The position numbers and the translations under genes were made by a program. Under the pieces are notes generated by a model. That model made no database searches and was not told the origin of the DNA. It saw only the letters and a list, made by a program, of their open reading frames with translations. From Tubiluchus corallicola (Eukaryota > Animalia > Priapulida): DNA of 64,000 nt. Positions within the stretch are counted from its first letter, which is position 1. Each line of letters begins with the position of its first letter. Location: positions 128,479-192,478 of the forward strand of contig JAQGDQ010000448.1 in the NCBI GenBank assembly GCA_030141605.1, read 5' to 3'. Below, piece after piece: positions 52,456 through 64,000 of the stretch.

Positions 52456-55400
52456 ATGCCGCCTCCAGATAGGCCACTTCAGGCTAAAGAAGCGGCTTTT
52501 GTATACAATTTTACAGAGAATTCTAAAAAAGGAAGTAGCAATGAATTAAAGAATGGGCTTATGAATGGTAAAAATGAACTGGATGCATTGAAAGAGAGTG
52601 TGGCACCCAAAAGTGGACACAAGAATTATGTTGGCGCTGAGATACCGCATCATGATCCACATAGAGTTTTGCCCTTAGATTTAAATATGTGTAGTAATAA
52701 TGAGATGTGCTCAGACTGTTGTACAGAGCACGAGACTTGCGATGAACTACCTGTCGCTTTTAGGACTGTTGCTGACATTGAACAACGAGCTGATGTATGC
52801 AGTGATATAGATGATGATGAGCAACGTTTTAGTACTGGGCCTCAAACGTGGTCTGATGGTAATCAATTTAACAGGCAAAATGGTGTCTCTGTTGTGACAA
52901 ATGGTATAGGTAATCACGACATCATTAGTGATACTGTGGATAGTCTCAAGTCTAGTACATGTGGTAAGAATGAACCTTGGCGAGATAAGTGGATACTTGA
53001 ATGTATTGATCACATGAACGCTTATTTGCTTAGCCAACAGGAGAGAGATGAAAGCCTAGCAAATGAAGTGAGCAAAGAAGAAGCTGAGAAGCATAGCAAC
53101 CCATCCGTAGATGGTATGAATGAATATCTTCGTAACAATCGCCATCTTATTGCTGATGGTGATGCAGATTCTGATATCAGTAGTGCTAATGAGGAAGTGC
53201 CAGTAATATCTACTCATGTCCGCAAAGCGTCATCTGACCACTCTCCTGATTTTTTAGAGTTTGATTTTCAGGCTGCAGATGATGAAGAGCGCATTGATGC
53301 TGGTTGTGTTTCTGATGATGAAGGTTTGTTTGATTCTGATTTTGTAGAGACTTCGGTAAACCATGCATTTACCGAGCATGGTGATGAGGTTGATGATAAA
53401 GACATTCTACTTCAAAAACTGCATGACTGTGATAACCATGATCGTGTTTTTTCTGATAAATCTGAAGGGATTAGTGCATCCAGTAAGATAAAGTGTACAT
53501 CCTGTGGTGATACGTGTTGTTATTCGTGTTGTGGTGAAGACTTAAAGGATGATGTAGTACTTTCTAAGTGCTGCGGTCAGCAGTCGTGTTCCGATCATGA
53601 CTGTATAAAAAGCACTGTATGTTGTAATTCTAGTATTTGTCACAAAGGGGGTGATGCTTTTACTCTGTCTCCTTTGCAAGTGCCTTTATGTTCCAATCAT
53701 TCTCCACTTCGTTGTGTTATTGTGAAAAGTCATAGTTTTGACGACGAGAGTGCAGTTACATCCACATTTGCACATGAGTTGCATAATGGCAAGAATGAAA
53801 TCAAAAACACAACAGTTTCACAAAAGAAGCCCGATGAACTTCGAACACATTTTCGCTTGTATCCTATTAAGAGTCGTAGTTTCGACGAAGGAATGTTACT
53901 TAGAAACTTTAAGTTATCATTTCGCGGCGACTCTGGGCAAGAAAAAGAACATATTTATGAAGAACTTGATTCATATCTGAAGGAAGAGGAGGAGGATGAA
54001 GACTATGTAAGTCTTCAAGGTCCTGTGAAAAATGTCATGTTGTGGAGCGAAAGTGAAGCTTATGCTTTACAAGTGAATCAGATTGGAAAGTCATCATGTG
54101 GTGCAACAGCAGTAATTAATGTTCTTGTAAGTACCAAGAATTTTTACTATGCCATTATATTAGTATGAATATTATACAAACTTACAACAAGTGCATAGGT
54201 GCTAGACAGTTTGGTTTGTAGTTAAGTAAGTACTAAGTACATAGTAAGTTAGTACATTGTCATAGCTTAGAAGATTGATGCTGTGGATTTGTGTTTCTCA
54301 TTCAAATTTCATTCTTGTACCTATAAGATATTATTGTTAAAGCCTTCTTTATTTAAGACGGTATCAGAATTAATTTATTTACTAAAAAATTACAGAGAGT
54401 TCTTGGTTTTGATGTTTTGCCTGAGATTGCTGCAGCAGCTGTACATACTAACATGAGGGCAGAATTGTCACCTGTTCCAGAATATTTGTACTCACGTTCA
54501 GTTGCAGGTATGCTATTCTTTTGTGATATTTTAAAACAGTAACAATCATTATATGCATTTTAAGTACAGCTGCCAAAATAACTTTTTGGTAAGTTCTGTG
54601 AAGTAAAATTTGCGAAAAATACTGAAATACTATAATCTACTTAAAATGGCAACCAAAGAAGCTAAACTTCTACTCAAGGCCGATTGTACAGAACCAAATT
54701 AGAATTATGAAAAAAGTACCAACAATAAAGTTTTCATGAACACATTTTATTTACACTAAATTACACAAAGGAAAACATTTCAAAATCAGCTAATTTCATC
54801 AGAAATAAATGACTAAAATTTTGATGAAAAACAGTTTTTTAATTTTTCATACTGAAATCCAAATCAGAAAATCATTATTGTTATTAAACAAATCCAGTAA
54901 TTTTAACGTTTTTCAAAAAAAATCTGCTTTTTAATAAAATAGTTTAATAAATTTATGATTTGAACATTTCCAGTTGCAGTTTAAATAAATATAGTAATAC
55001 TATGTCCAACAGATCCAATAATTTTAAAAAGACATTGATCACCAAAAAGATTTTTGGTTATCCTGAATGTCAATTAATCTTCTGTGAAGAGTGAGACTTT
55101 ATGTTCACAAATTCTAGTACAGTCAAACCTCCTTATGCTGCCCACTTTGGGACTCCATAAAAGTTGGTGTTAAGCGAGTTTGACATTATAACGAGGCCCA
55201 TTAATACATACATGTCTATGCAATATACAGTCATATACATGTCATATATAGGTATATGAAAAGGTATATATTTTTGCCAACATAGGACACATTGCAGTTT
55301 CCGCATGTAAATTTATATGCATAAGTACTACACTAGATTTGAGAAATAGGGGAATATTGTTCTTAAATATAAAAAAATTGATAAATGGAGTGAGCAAGTG

Positions 55401-58264
55401 AGTGTTATGCAATTTGATTTGTGGAAACTGAATTAAACAAATGCATAGGACATGATGTAATTGACAACGAATTGGTAATAAGCTGCAACACTGCAGTGCA
55501 ACATTAGGCTTTTATGTATAAACATTATTTAAAGATAAGGGAGGCAGTTATTTTGTATTTTTTATGCTTTTATTCCCAGCTTATTTTGCAGATAAGGTTT
55601 CTAAGAATATCACACTTATTAATTTGGTTTAGATGTAATAGACAATGCTCTAAAATTTTTGACCAAACTATATATAGCTAGTAGCCTGTCGAATTTCATC
55701 ACTCTGATTTATATTTTTGTTTGCTAAAAGCATAAAACTACAGGTTAGGTAAAGTGTTTTACATGCCAATTTATTTTGATTGCCTGTTTTTAGGAGCAAC
55801 GCATAAAGAGCTGATAGACGGCATAGATGTATTAACTCAAGGAGCTGTTGCAGCCAAGTTTTTCCATCTGTATCCTGCCAGACAGCTAAACTTATCTCGT
55901 TGGTTAGGATACTGGATGACTCGAGGTAAGCTGTTCACCCTTTTTACTTGTCATTGTGAGTAAGGAAATAGTTTCAGACAAACAGTATGTTTATAAAATT
56001 CAAGTTACAAAATTTTAAATGTTCCTATTCAGAATAATGTTGCTGGAAATGTTTTTTTTTATGTTCTGGTGATTCTTTCAGATGTTACTGATGACATTAT
56101 GTTTTCAGGTGTGGTACCCGTGGCTACACTAAATCTTCAGGTAGCTACACAACCAGGAGAACCTATACCTGATGCATGGCATCATCAAATGGTCCATGGT
56201 GTTTCTTCTAAAGGTACAATACTTATCTGCCAGGAGGGTGCAAAATAAGTGGATTTACTTTGCAAGAAAACTGTCAAATTTCTTTTCAAGTTTTTGCTGA
56301 ATTAGTTTCTAATAAAAGTCAAACAAAGCAGGAATTTAGATACAAAAATGTTTGCAGTTTCGTTTACTAAATTATATCGAAAAAGTCTAAAATGATTCTT
56401 CTTAATATTTTGAATTCAAGAAGAGTTTTTTAAACATTTGAAAAACTGCTTTTCAGCTGTTCTCTGAACAAATTTCTGTCAATCTGCAGCTGCAGTTGAA
56501 TCTATAATTCTGCAGGCAATCACGGCGACCTGTTCACTGTGCGCTTTCATAGTTGTTCTACTGCCCCGTCACTTTGTTTACATAAAGAGGGCTATTAAAA
56601 CCTCTGATTGCAAATATTAAGCTGGCCTGAATAGTAATGCCAGTTTATTTAATAAATTTGTAAAACAATTCAACTTAACTAACATTTGCTAACTTTCATT
56701 TGCGCTAAACAAAATTGTAATATTATTGCTGATTTTTATATTTGACTAGTAGCTGGTGTTAGTCAAAACTTCGATACTATTTTTACCTGGTTTAATTTTC
56801 CCAAATATTTCGGATTAGGAATTGTTCCTTCTGTTGCACTCTCTCTACCATTTTTAGTGCTTTGGCACTTTATAAATGCAATTTTTTACTTATGTAGGTA
56901 TACATTTAACGAATCCTGTGGAATGTGTCCCAGCAGAAGTTTTATCTCAACAGCTTTGTAGCCCTTCGGTTTTGCTTATAAGGCGAGAAGATATTTTAGC
57001 TCGCAACCGTGGAGACGGAAATTTGTATCCACTCATTACTCATCCTGATCCTCGGTGGGCCCAGATGAATGTTCTAGGTAAGTAGTACATCCTTAATCTT
57101 AAATTATTATTATGTGTACTTGCAAACCATAACTCCTTACCCACTTTTCTGTCAAGAAACTAGTATTGCAATTGTAAAAAACTTCTATTTTCTGACTCCG
57201 ATTGCAGCTCGTGGAAGCAGTCATTTTGCTTCAGGTTTTTTCTGTTCACAAGACCAAATCTTCGTCAAGAAGAGCCAACTACTGGATTTAAACGTAACTT
57301 CAATTTGCTCTTGTAAAGTCCACAGCAACTACACTTTCGTACGGTTGCTAAGTGTTTTGTAGAAACGTGACAAAAAAACAATGGCTAACTTTAACAGCGA
57401 TTTTCTCGAGATTACGTTTTTCACTGCATAACATGCACCTCAATTTCAACTCGGATTATGTCAGCTTAGGAGTAACATAGAGCAATGTGCTTGGTATCAA
57501 AATGATCCTCATGAAATAGAGATACCGGATATGTGGATAACTAGAAAAGCTTAATTGCCGATTTATGGACGATTTTGCTATGCTTGCACACATATACTCT
57601 GTTGTACACTTTAGATATGTGGTGTGTTATATTCACTTCAGTTTTTATGTTTATCTTCTGTCTTTATTATTTATTTATGTTGCTTCTGAGCATTTCTTTG
57701 CACTTCCCGTCATTTCAGAAATATAAATCTGGCACAGTGATAAAAAGGCACCTGATCTCATGAAAATGATAAAAGTTGTAGTTTGAAGGATGTACTTTTG
57801 ATCTGATTTCAATGTATGTCCAAACCTTAGGTGCTGCAACTTTTACCCCTTATTATTTCAACTTAAAGAAGAGAATGAATTGTGTTATGACCCAATTTGT
57901 TAAGGACCTGAACTAGTTGATTGTGTAGATTCTGTTGATTAATATTCCTACTTTTTAGTTAACTGTACTTTTGCATGCTACCATTTTAAATAACATTTTA
58001 AAAAAGAAACTGTAAATTCAAATTGATTTTTTTGTTGCTATTGATGCAGGCCAGGTAGCAAACATACTTCGAGAAGATGAAGGCTACTGGGAAGCTAAAG
58101 AACGAAGGGAAATGTCTTCATCCTCTTATTTGACATCCCACATCAGAATTCCGGCTGCTTATAAATCGGGAATTACGTTATTTGCCCGGCGTGATTCACC
58201 CGGGTTTGATATTCTTCAGCGATCAACGAGCCTGTCTTTATTATCCGAGAAAAAGGAGGACTAG
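52456..58264 (+). CDS. Uncharacterised protein, about 804 aa: acidic Cys/His-rich N-terminus plus predicted papain-fold (C39/phytochelatin synthase-like) domain
   Basis: In-phase exons 52456-54126, 54396-54507, 55794-55925, 56109-56213, 56898-57077, 58050-58264. Motifs QIGKSSCGATAVINVL, SRSVAGATH, PVATLNLQ, PDAWHHQMVHGV, HLTNP, HIRIPAAYKSGITLF. Confidence 0.85.
55118..55200 (+). mobile_element. Isolated pogo/Tigger-like left terminus
   Basis: ta-cagtcaaacctccttat...tttgggac...ataacgagg; no partner end found. Confidence 0.5.
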
Positions 58265-58990
58265 TTTTACCAGAAAAAGAAGAAAGCTTTGCCTTCTCTA
58301 TTGATTAGACTTTGTTTCATTTATCAACCCTTGTTATGATTTCATTATATGAGCTGTTGTTGTTTATAAATTGCAGATTTTTTATATATATGTAAATGCT
58401 ATTTTAAAATGGGTCAGTAAGCAGTTTTAGGTCAAACTTAGTTTAGAAGTAACTTTAACACTTTTTAACTTTTGTGTTTATTGTGACACTGTGTTATTAG
58501 CAGCTAAGTAAAGGGTATTAAGACTTGTCTCCCGGTGAAGTGTCAAGTTGCCACCTAAATTTTAATATCTAGAATTTGTAACATGACTTATAAACCATAG
58601 AGAAATGTTTTAATATAATTGCCTTTAGGTGGTCTTAGCTTTAAATTGTGACTTACCATTGCTGTAGCTGTTCTGGCGAATGTAAACCCTGACATTGATA
58701 AATCTATAACTGTTTCTGTTGCTCCTTATGTGGGTACCTGCCATATATATATAGAGCTAATCTGTCTTGCATGTGTCATCAAGTAAATTTTTGTTAATTA
58801 CCAACTCTAGCTGTTTGCTTCTTATGTAATTCTGTAATGAAATTCATTAGATATTTAGAAAGTGATTGATGAAATCTGAATGAAATTCTTTAGCTTTAGG
58901 AAGCTGATTGTGAATTAAATTTTATAGACTTAATGAAGTTGATTGAAGTATGTTACATGCATTGTGACACATCAACTCGGGAAGGCATTA

Positions 58991-59910
58991 CAGTATAACA
59001 TCATTATAGCAAACCTGCTAGGGACCCAAAAACTATTCTATAACCTAGGTATTCTATAAGCACACATGGTTAATGTATATAACTAATAGATGGACAAGCA
59101 TATAATTAAGAATTGTCATGTGTAAATAATGTACAGATGTGGTTTCATCTTATGAGGATGTAAGCTCGTAAAAGCATTTTTAGAAGGTGCTATGTGTGAA
59201 TACTTCGCTTGTGTGAACCACTTCAGCAATGCTTGATCAAGTTCTGGAAACACTAATAAACTTGTTCGTTTTCTTGTTGATGAAACGCTGCATTGACTTT
59301 CAAAAGCATCAATTATTTTTTATCGATTAGTAATACTAACAGCACTTTTTGCCAAATTTCTATCATTGTGGACTAATGAAGGCTTTTTACCACAACTTCA
59401 CATATAACTCCGTATTTCTCAGAAAGAGAAAATTGATCAGTTTTCTTTTCTTTGCTTGATGACAAACACATGATGTATACATTGCCTGACAGAGTTACAA
59501 ATTATAGAACTAGCTGGTTGCTAACCACTGAATGACTCTTTAACTTAAAACTGATTGTTATTATACAGTAAACAAAAAAGGTGTTTTAAGGAATCAATCA
59601 TTTTTACAACTCTGCATGCTGCAGGCCCAACAACTTTATCATTTTATTATCTGGAATGACAGGTTATCAGTGTTAAGTTTAACTGTAAATTATTGCAAAT
59701 CGTGGGCAAAGGTAAAATATGCAATAAAAGCTTATAAATGCATAGTATTACAGACAATGGGCCTGGCAAAAAAGTCCACAATGTGCAACAAGCGAGTACG
59801 CTGCTAGTATACTAGCTATTCAAAGCTAGTATACTAGTTAAATGATTAATGTTGCATTACTTTTTGCAGTGTATGCAGTAAACCATGTTTCCTATAGTGG
59901 TGTTGTACTG
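58991..59910 (-). mobile_element. Internally deleted pogo/Tigger transposon with CENP-B-type HTH remnant
   Basis: TA flanks; TIRs cagtataacatcattatag vs cagtacaacaccactatag; minus strand encodes decayed QFSLSEKYGVICEV...RKRTSLLVFPELDQALLKWFTQAK with stops. Confidence 0.85.
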
Positions 59911-61316
59911 TACTTTTAAAAATAAAAAAATTTAGTTGGTGTCAAAATAACAAAGGCAATGATATAATTGTTGCTGACAGTATGATTAATTAAGATGTAG
60001 AGCTATGTAGGCTGTATTTGATGGGTTCAAGTATAATTAGTGTAGTAATCATTAAGAAATTTTTTGACTAAAATATATTTTTGAGCTGACCTAACACTTT
60101 TTCTGTTAAGTGCTGAATACGAATTGAATGATTATTTATTTGTAAATTGGAAAGTAGGTCTAAAGTTAAAATTGCATGACTTGGGATTTGCATAATGTTA
60201 CTGATGATTTTATTTCTTCTTAGTTTATCTTGTTGGGTGCCAGATTAGAAACTATGAATTATATGCAAGTTTAAATCTCATCTTTGGAGAACAAAAGTAA
60301 GAGTCACATTTGTTGCTCTGGGATCCGGAGTTTTGGATAATTATAGTTGATTTAGCCGTTTTGATGTTGTGTCGGCATGTTTATATGCTTATCATGCAGT
60401 TGTCTTTGTGTTCCTCTTATCCACAAATGCATTTAGTTTTTATTTGATTTCTGCATGTCTAATATGTGCTTGACATCCTTTTTTATTTGCATGAAAATGT
60501 AAAATTAATATTTGGTGTTACTTGTATCACATACAACAGTGGAAATGTGTTGAATTTCCTATGGCTCGTTTCATATTTACTTTTCTCCTGTCATGGTTGC
60601 TTCTTTATCAATTTTATTGACACTTTTTATTCCAAACCAAAACCTGAGAGATAAAATTTGGCACAGCAATAGGCAGTTCCCACGTCTCACAAAATGGATA
60701 AAATGAAAGCTGGATTTTCTGTTTCAATACAGAGTAGACATTTAGTGTTAACCAAGGCAGGCGAGCTAAAGATATTTAGGGTTTTAGCTTGACGAAATGG
60801 GCGCCACTTAAAAGTCACACCAGTTTCTAGTTTTCTAATAATGTTGAAATACTTCATACAGTGTTTCTGTATGTAGCAAAAATAGTGTTGTATAAAAAGC
60901 ATCACGAAACTTTGATGGCACTGCAGTTTCGCACACTAGGGTCATGCAGAGGTGTGTACTGTGCAGATAAGAGCATCAGAACAATTTTGAGCAATATATG
61001 AAATGAAAACACAGAATACGCCTAATTTTGCTTAACTGGCTTATAACAATTGAATATATACATTAATGTGTTCTTGGAAGTGTAAAAGTACAGCACAATT
61101 AATGAGTAAAATAAACAGAATAAAATAACTGTTAATTTTACTGGTATTAACAAACTACATGTCTGGCATGTAATATTTGTCACTGTTCAAATTGCACTTT
61201 AGTTATTTATTGTGCTGACAGTCTGAAATCGATGTACGAACATGGTGTTGGTAATCTGGAAAATACGATATAGTATCTGTGAACAAAAAGATTAAATTTT
61301 GCAGGTTAATCTTTGC

Positions 61317-61818
61317 AGGGCCAGAGCTACGAAGTGCGGGACCCAAATTATAAAATTTTTAGTGGGGCACCTTCTACCCCACAAATGCTGCAGAACAGTA
61401 TAAACACATTGGGCATATTTAACAGACAACACAACTTTATATTCCAAGCTTCATATCATATAATTTTATTAGCACCATTCTTTGTGTTGAGGGTTTGAAA
61501 TTCATCCAGATAATAATAAAACTAAAATCCAGTGAATCTAACTGGGCTTGATCACCAATTTTAAAAAGGCAAATGGTGACAATAAACTGAAATTAAAAAA
61601 CAAATAAGGAAATGATCGGCAAAAAACTTTGAAACATAGATATATGAGGACAGACTGAACAATTTCGGCTGCCTTCACAGTATCAAGAAACTTCGTGCAC
61701 ACTGGACACTTATTAATTCTTCGTAGCATCCTCCGCTCGAGCATGTGCACAGGGCCCCGGCCTCTTGGTGCGAGGCTCAATTTGAACACATCTGTTTAAT
61801 TGACTTAAAATAGGCCCT
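61317..61818. mobile_element. Harbinger-type MITE
   Basis: AGGGCC...GGCCCT termini with internal gggaccc/ggggcacc/gggcccc motifs. Confidence 0.55.
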
Positions 61819-63259
61819 AAGTCTTTGTGATATTTTCCTGCTATAGATTCAGAAAAAGTAGCCTTGTTTACATAGTTACTACAGATTTCAGACGTTCAGG
61901 ACATTGTGATAAGTGTTGCATCAGGCATGCTAATAGGTTTGATTACAAAGCTCATGGAAAAAAGTAGCATGCTAAAGAGTATACAATGTCCTTTATTCAC
62001 AGAAGAAAAAGCATATAAGATAGAAAAAACATACGTATTATAAGTGTAACTAGATTTTAATCAATATTAACAACATTTATACAAAAAAAACTGTCCTTTC
62101 ATATAAGTGTAGATTAAGGAACATAGTGATATATTTCTAAAAGTAGAATCTAAGGCAATGTTGTTGCATATAACTGACTGGAATCACAAACAGTATTTAC
62201 AATAACTCAACAGGGTTAGAAACTCACAATGTTTTCATTCATGATGGTTACTCACTTTTTTCCAATTTTAATGTATGTTTGAGAGTGGACTTGTACTGCT
62301 AATAAATAAAAAAGCCTCAAATGCTAAAAGTAAACGATTTAGTAATGAGCGCTATTTAAAAAGTAGGCTATTATGTGCTTGTAGATGGAGAATTATTGCT
62401 CGGCTACTCAGAATACTTTGATTGCATGATGATCAGATAACATTGATTGCAGACAGCACGTACAAAATTAGGTTACAAAACTGCATATTACAAACGGTAA
62501 AAAAACATCGATAAAGGCACATATTAAATTCATAAACACCTGTTCACATAGACAAAATTCAACAAGCTATGCAATAAATAATGTAAAAACAACAACATTG
62601 CACTATTATTGACTCGTCTAAAGTTAATGTGCGCAATTGTAAATAAAGAAAGTGACACTGCTGACTGGACATACCTTAATACATGTAACGTTTGATAGCT
62701 TAGGAATAAAACAAATGTAAATGTAATGGCAACAAATATAATAATCCTGTTTTTCTACGAAATATAGTCAAATTGTGGTTATAAATACTGTTCTAAGGTA
62801 GTTGTTTTTCTCACACATTACTAAATTGTGAACAGTGAACTAAGTACGGTAAAAAAATGTAAACTTTGCAGTCTACTAGACATGTTAATGTCGTTTGCAC
62901 AGTAGCTTACATTTATGACTCATAGCTTCCACTAAACAGCTTATAGCTAACCTTAAATGTAGTGCTTTATATTCTAAGTATTGAGAACTAAGAAATAGAA
63001 AATTTTATGCAGTACATTCACTCTCTTGAGGAAAGCAGTACTTTGTCAGTAGGTAATACGAAATTTAAGACCTTTAAAACAATCTAGCTAGATAAACGAT
63101 AAAACTTACCTTAAAAGTGACTAAGTGTGGCAAAATTCTTATGTAACTTAAGTACTAAGTGGCAAAAAAGTATGTCTACTTGATGTATTCACAGAAAAAT
63201 AAAAGTTCATAACTAGTAACTTGCTGTTTTAACATTTCTAATGCTTCTGGTGACTGTTT

Positions 63260-63656
63260 TCAATCGCATCCTCCTTGTTGGCACACTTCTTTCAAAACTT
63301 TGTGTGCCTCTTTTACACCACGATCAGCAGCATGTTTAATAAGTCGGTGCGCGTCACTGCAAAGGACAAAAATAAAAATTATAAATTTGGTACATGTATG
63401 CCATCACAAAAGTCATAAATAGAAAATAACACGTCTTATACAATGCAGTTTTAGAAATGTGGTAAATTACCAAACTTTGTTTAACTGGTTTAGATTTCTC
63501 AAATAGAAATAACTATATTTATTTCAGCAAGTAAAAACAAATAAGGGTGTTTCACCAAAAAGTACTTACCCAGGTTTAAGGTCTGTTTCGTAGCCCTGTA
63601 AATGGGCAACGGCATAATTGTAAGCAGCATAAGGGTGCCCCTGATCAGATGCTTTC
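63260..63656 (-). CDS. Sel1-like repeat protein, last two coding exons (gene continues toward or beyond the window end)
   Basis: Exons 63656-63570 and 63356-63260 splice in phase 2: KASDQGHPYAAYNYAVAHLQGYETDLKPG/DAHRLIKHAADRGVKEAHKVLKEVCQQGGCD*; KA.DQG...A.YN.A and AADRG..EA are Sel1 signatures. Confidence 0.85.
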
Positions 63657-64000
63657 CTAAAACATCGAATAGAACATTAAGCATCAAAAAACAACAGCCA
63701 AATAAGTAAAGTTTGGTTCAATTTTATAAACACCTTATGTAATGCATATAGTTCACTTTTATTTTGCTTTCTGCAAACAAAAAAAAGAAGTACCTCTAAT
63801 GACCAACAATCATTTCACTGGTCTTTTCAATGATCGCAGAGTAGTGTAATGAACATATATATATATATGTGTACTACATAAAAACCAAAATACACAATTT
63901 ACAAATTATAGTGTATAACAAAAATTGCTAAAAACTGAAACCTGAATTAAGTGTGAATTTAGATTTAAACTACATTACATGTATTATGATGAGTTGAAAT

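Noticed and set aside
52747-53037. Antisense 96-aa ORF (also 35019-35294)
   Set aside because: Shadow ORFs opposite real coding exons

Overview
AT-rich, intron-rich animal (probably invertebrate) genomic DNA; most ORF-track entries are spurious and the real genes were rebuilt by hand from GT/GC-AG splice sites and reading-frame phase. In order: (1) 3' part of a phosphorylase kinase alpha gene (+, 465-18220, ends in CaaX box CVIS) with a duplicated, apparently mutually exclusive exon pair and candidate micro/cassette exons; (2) an intronless DUF4419-family gene (+, 22825-24096), a possible horizontal acquisition; (3) a small minus-strand spliced gene ending in two C2H2 zinc fingers, absent from the ORF track; (4) AKAP14-like gene with intronless CDS (+); (5) FAM149/DUF3719 gene (+, 38098-47843) with a GC-AG intron; (6) a 6-exon, about 804-aa uncharacterised protein (+, 52456-58264) joining an acidic Cys/His-rich N-terminus to a predicted papain-fold (C39/phytochelatin-synthase-like) Gln-Cys-His-Asn domain; (7) last two exons of a Sel1-repeat gene (-). 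Repeats include CR1-type LINE 3' ends, pogo/Tigger derivatives, MITE-like elements and a tRNA-derived inverted repeat. Family calls rest on recalled motifs; no searches were run.
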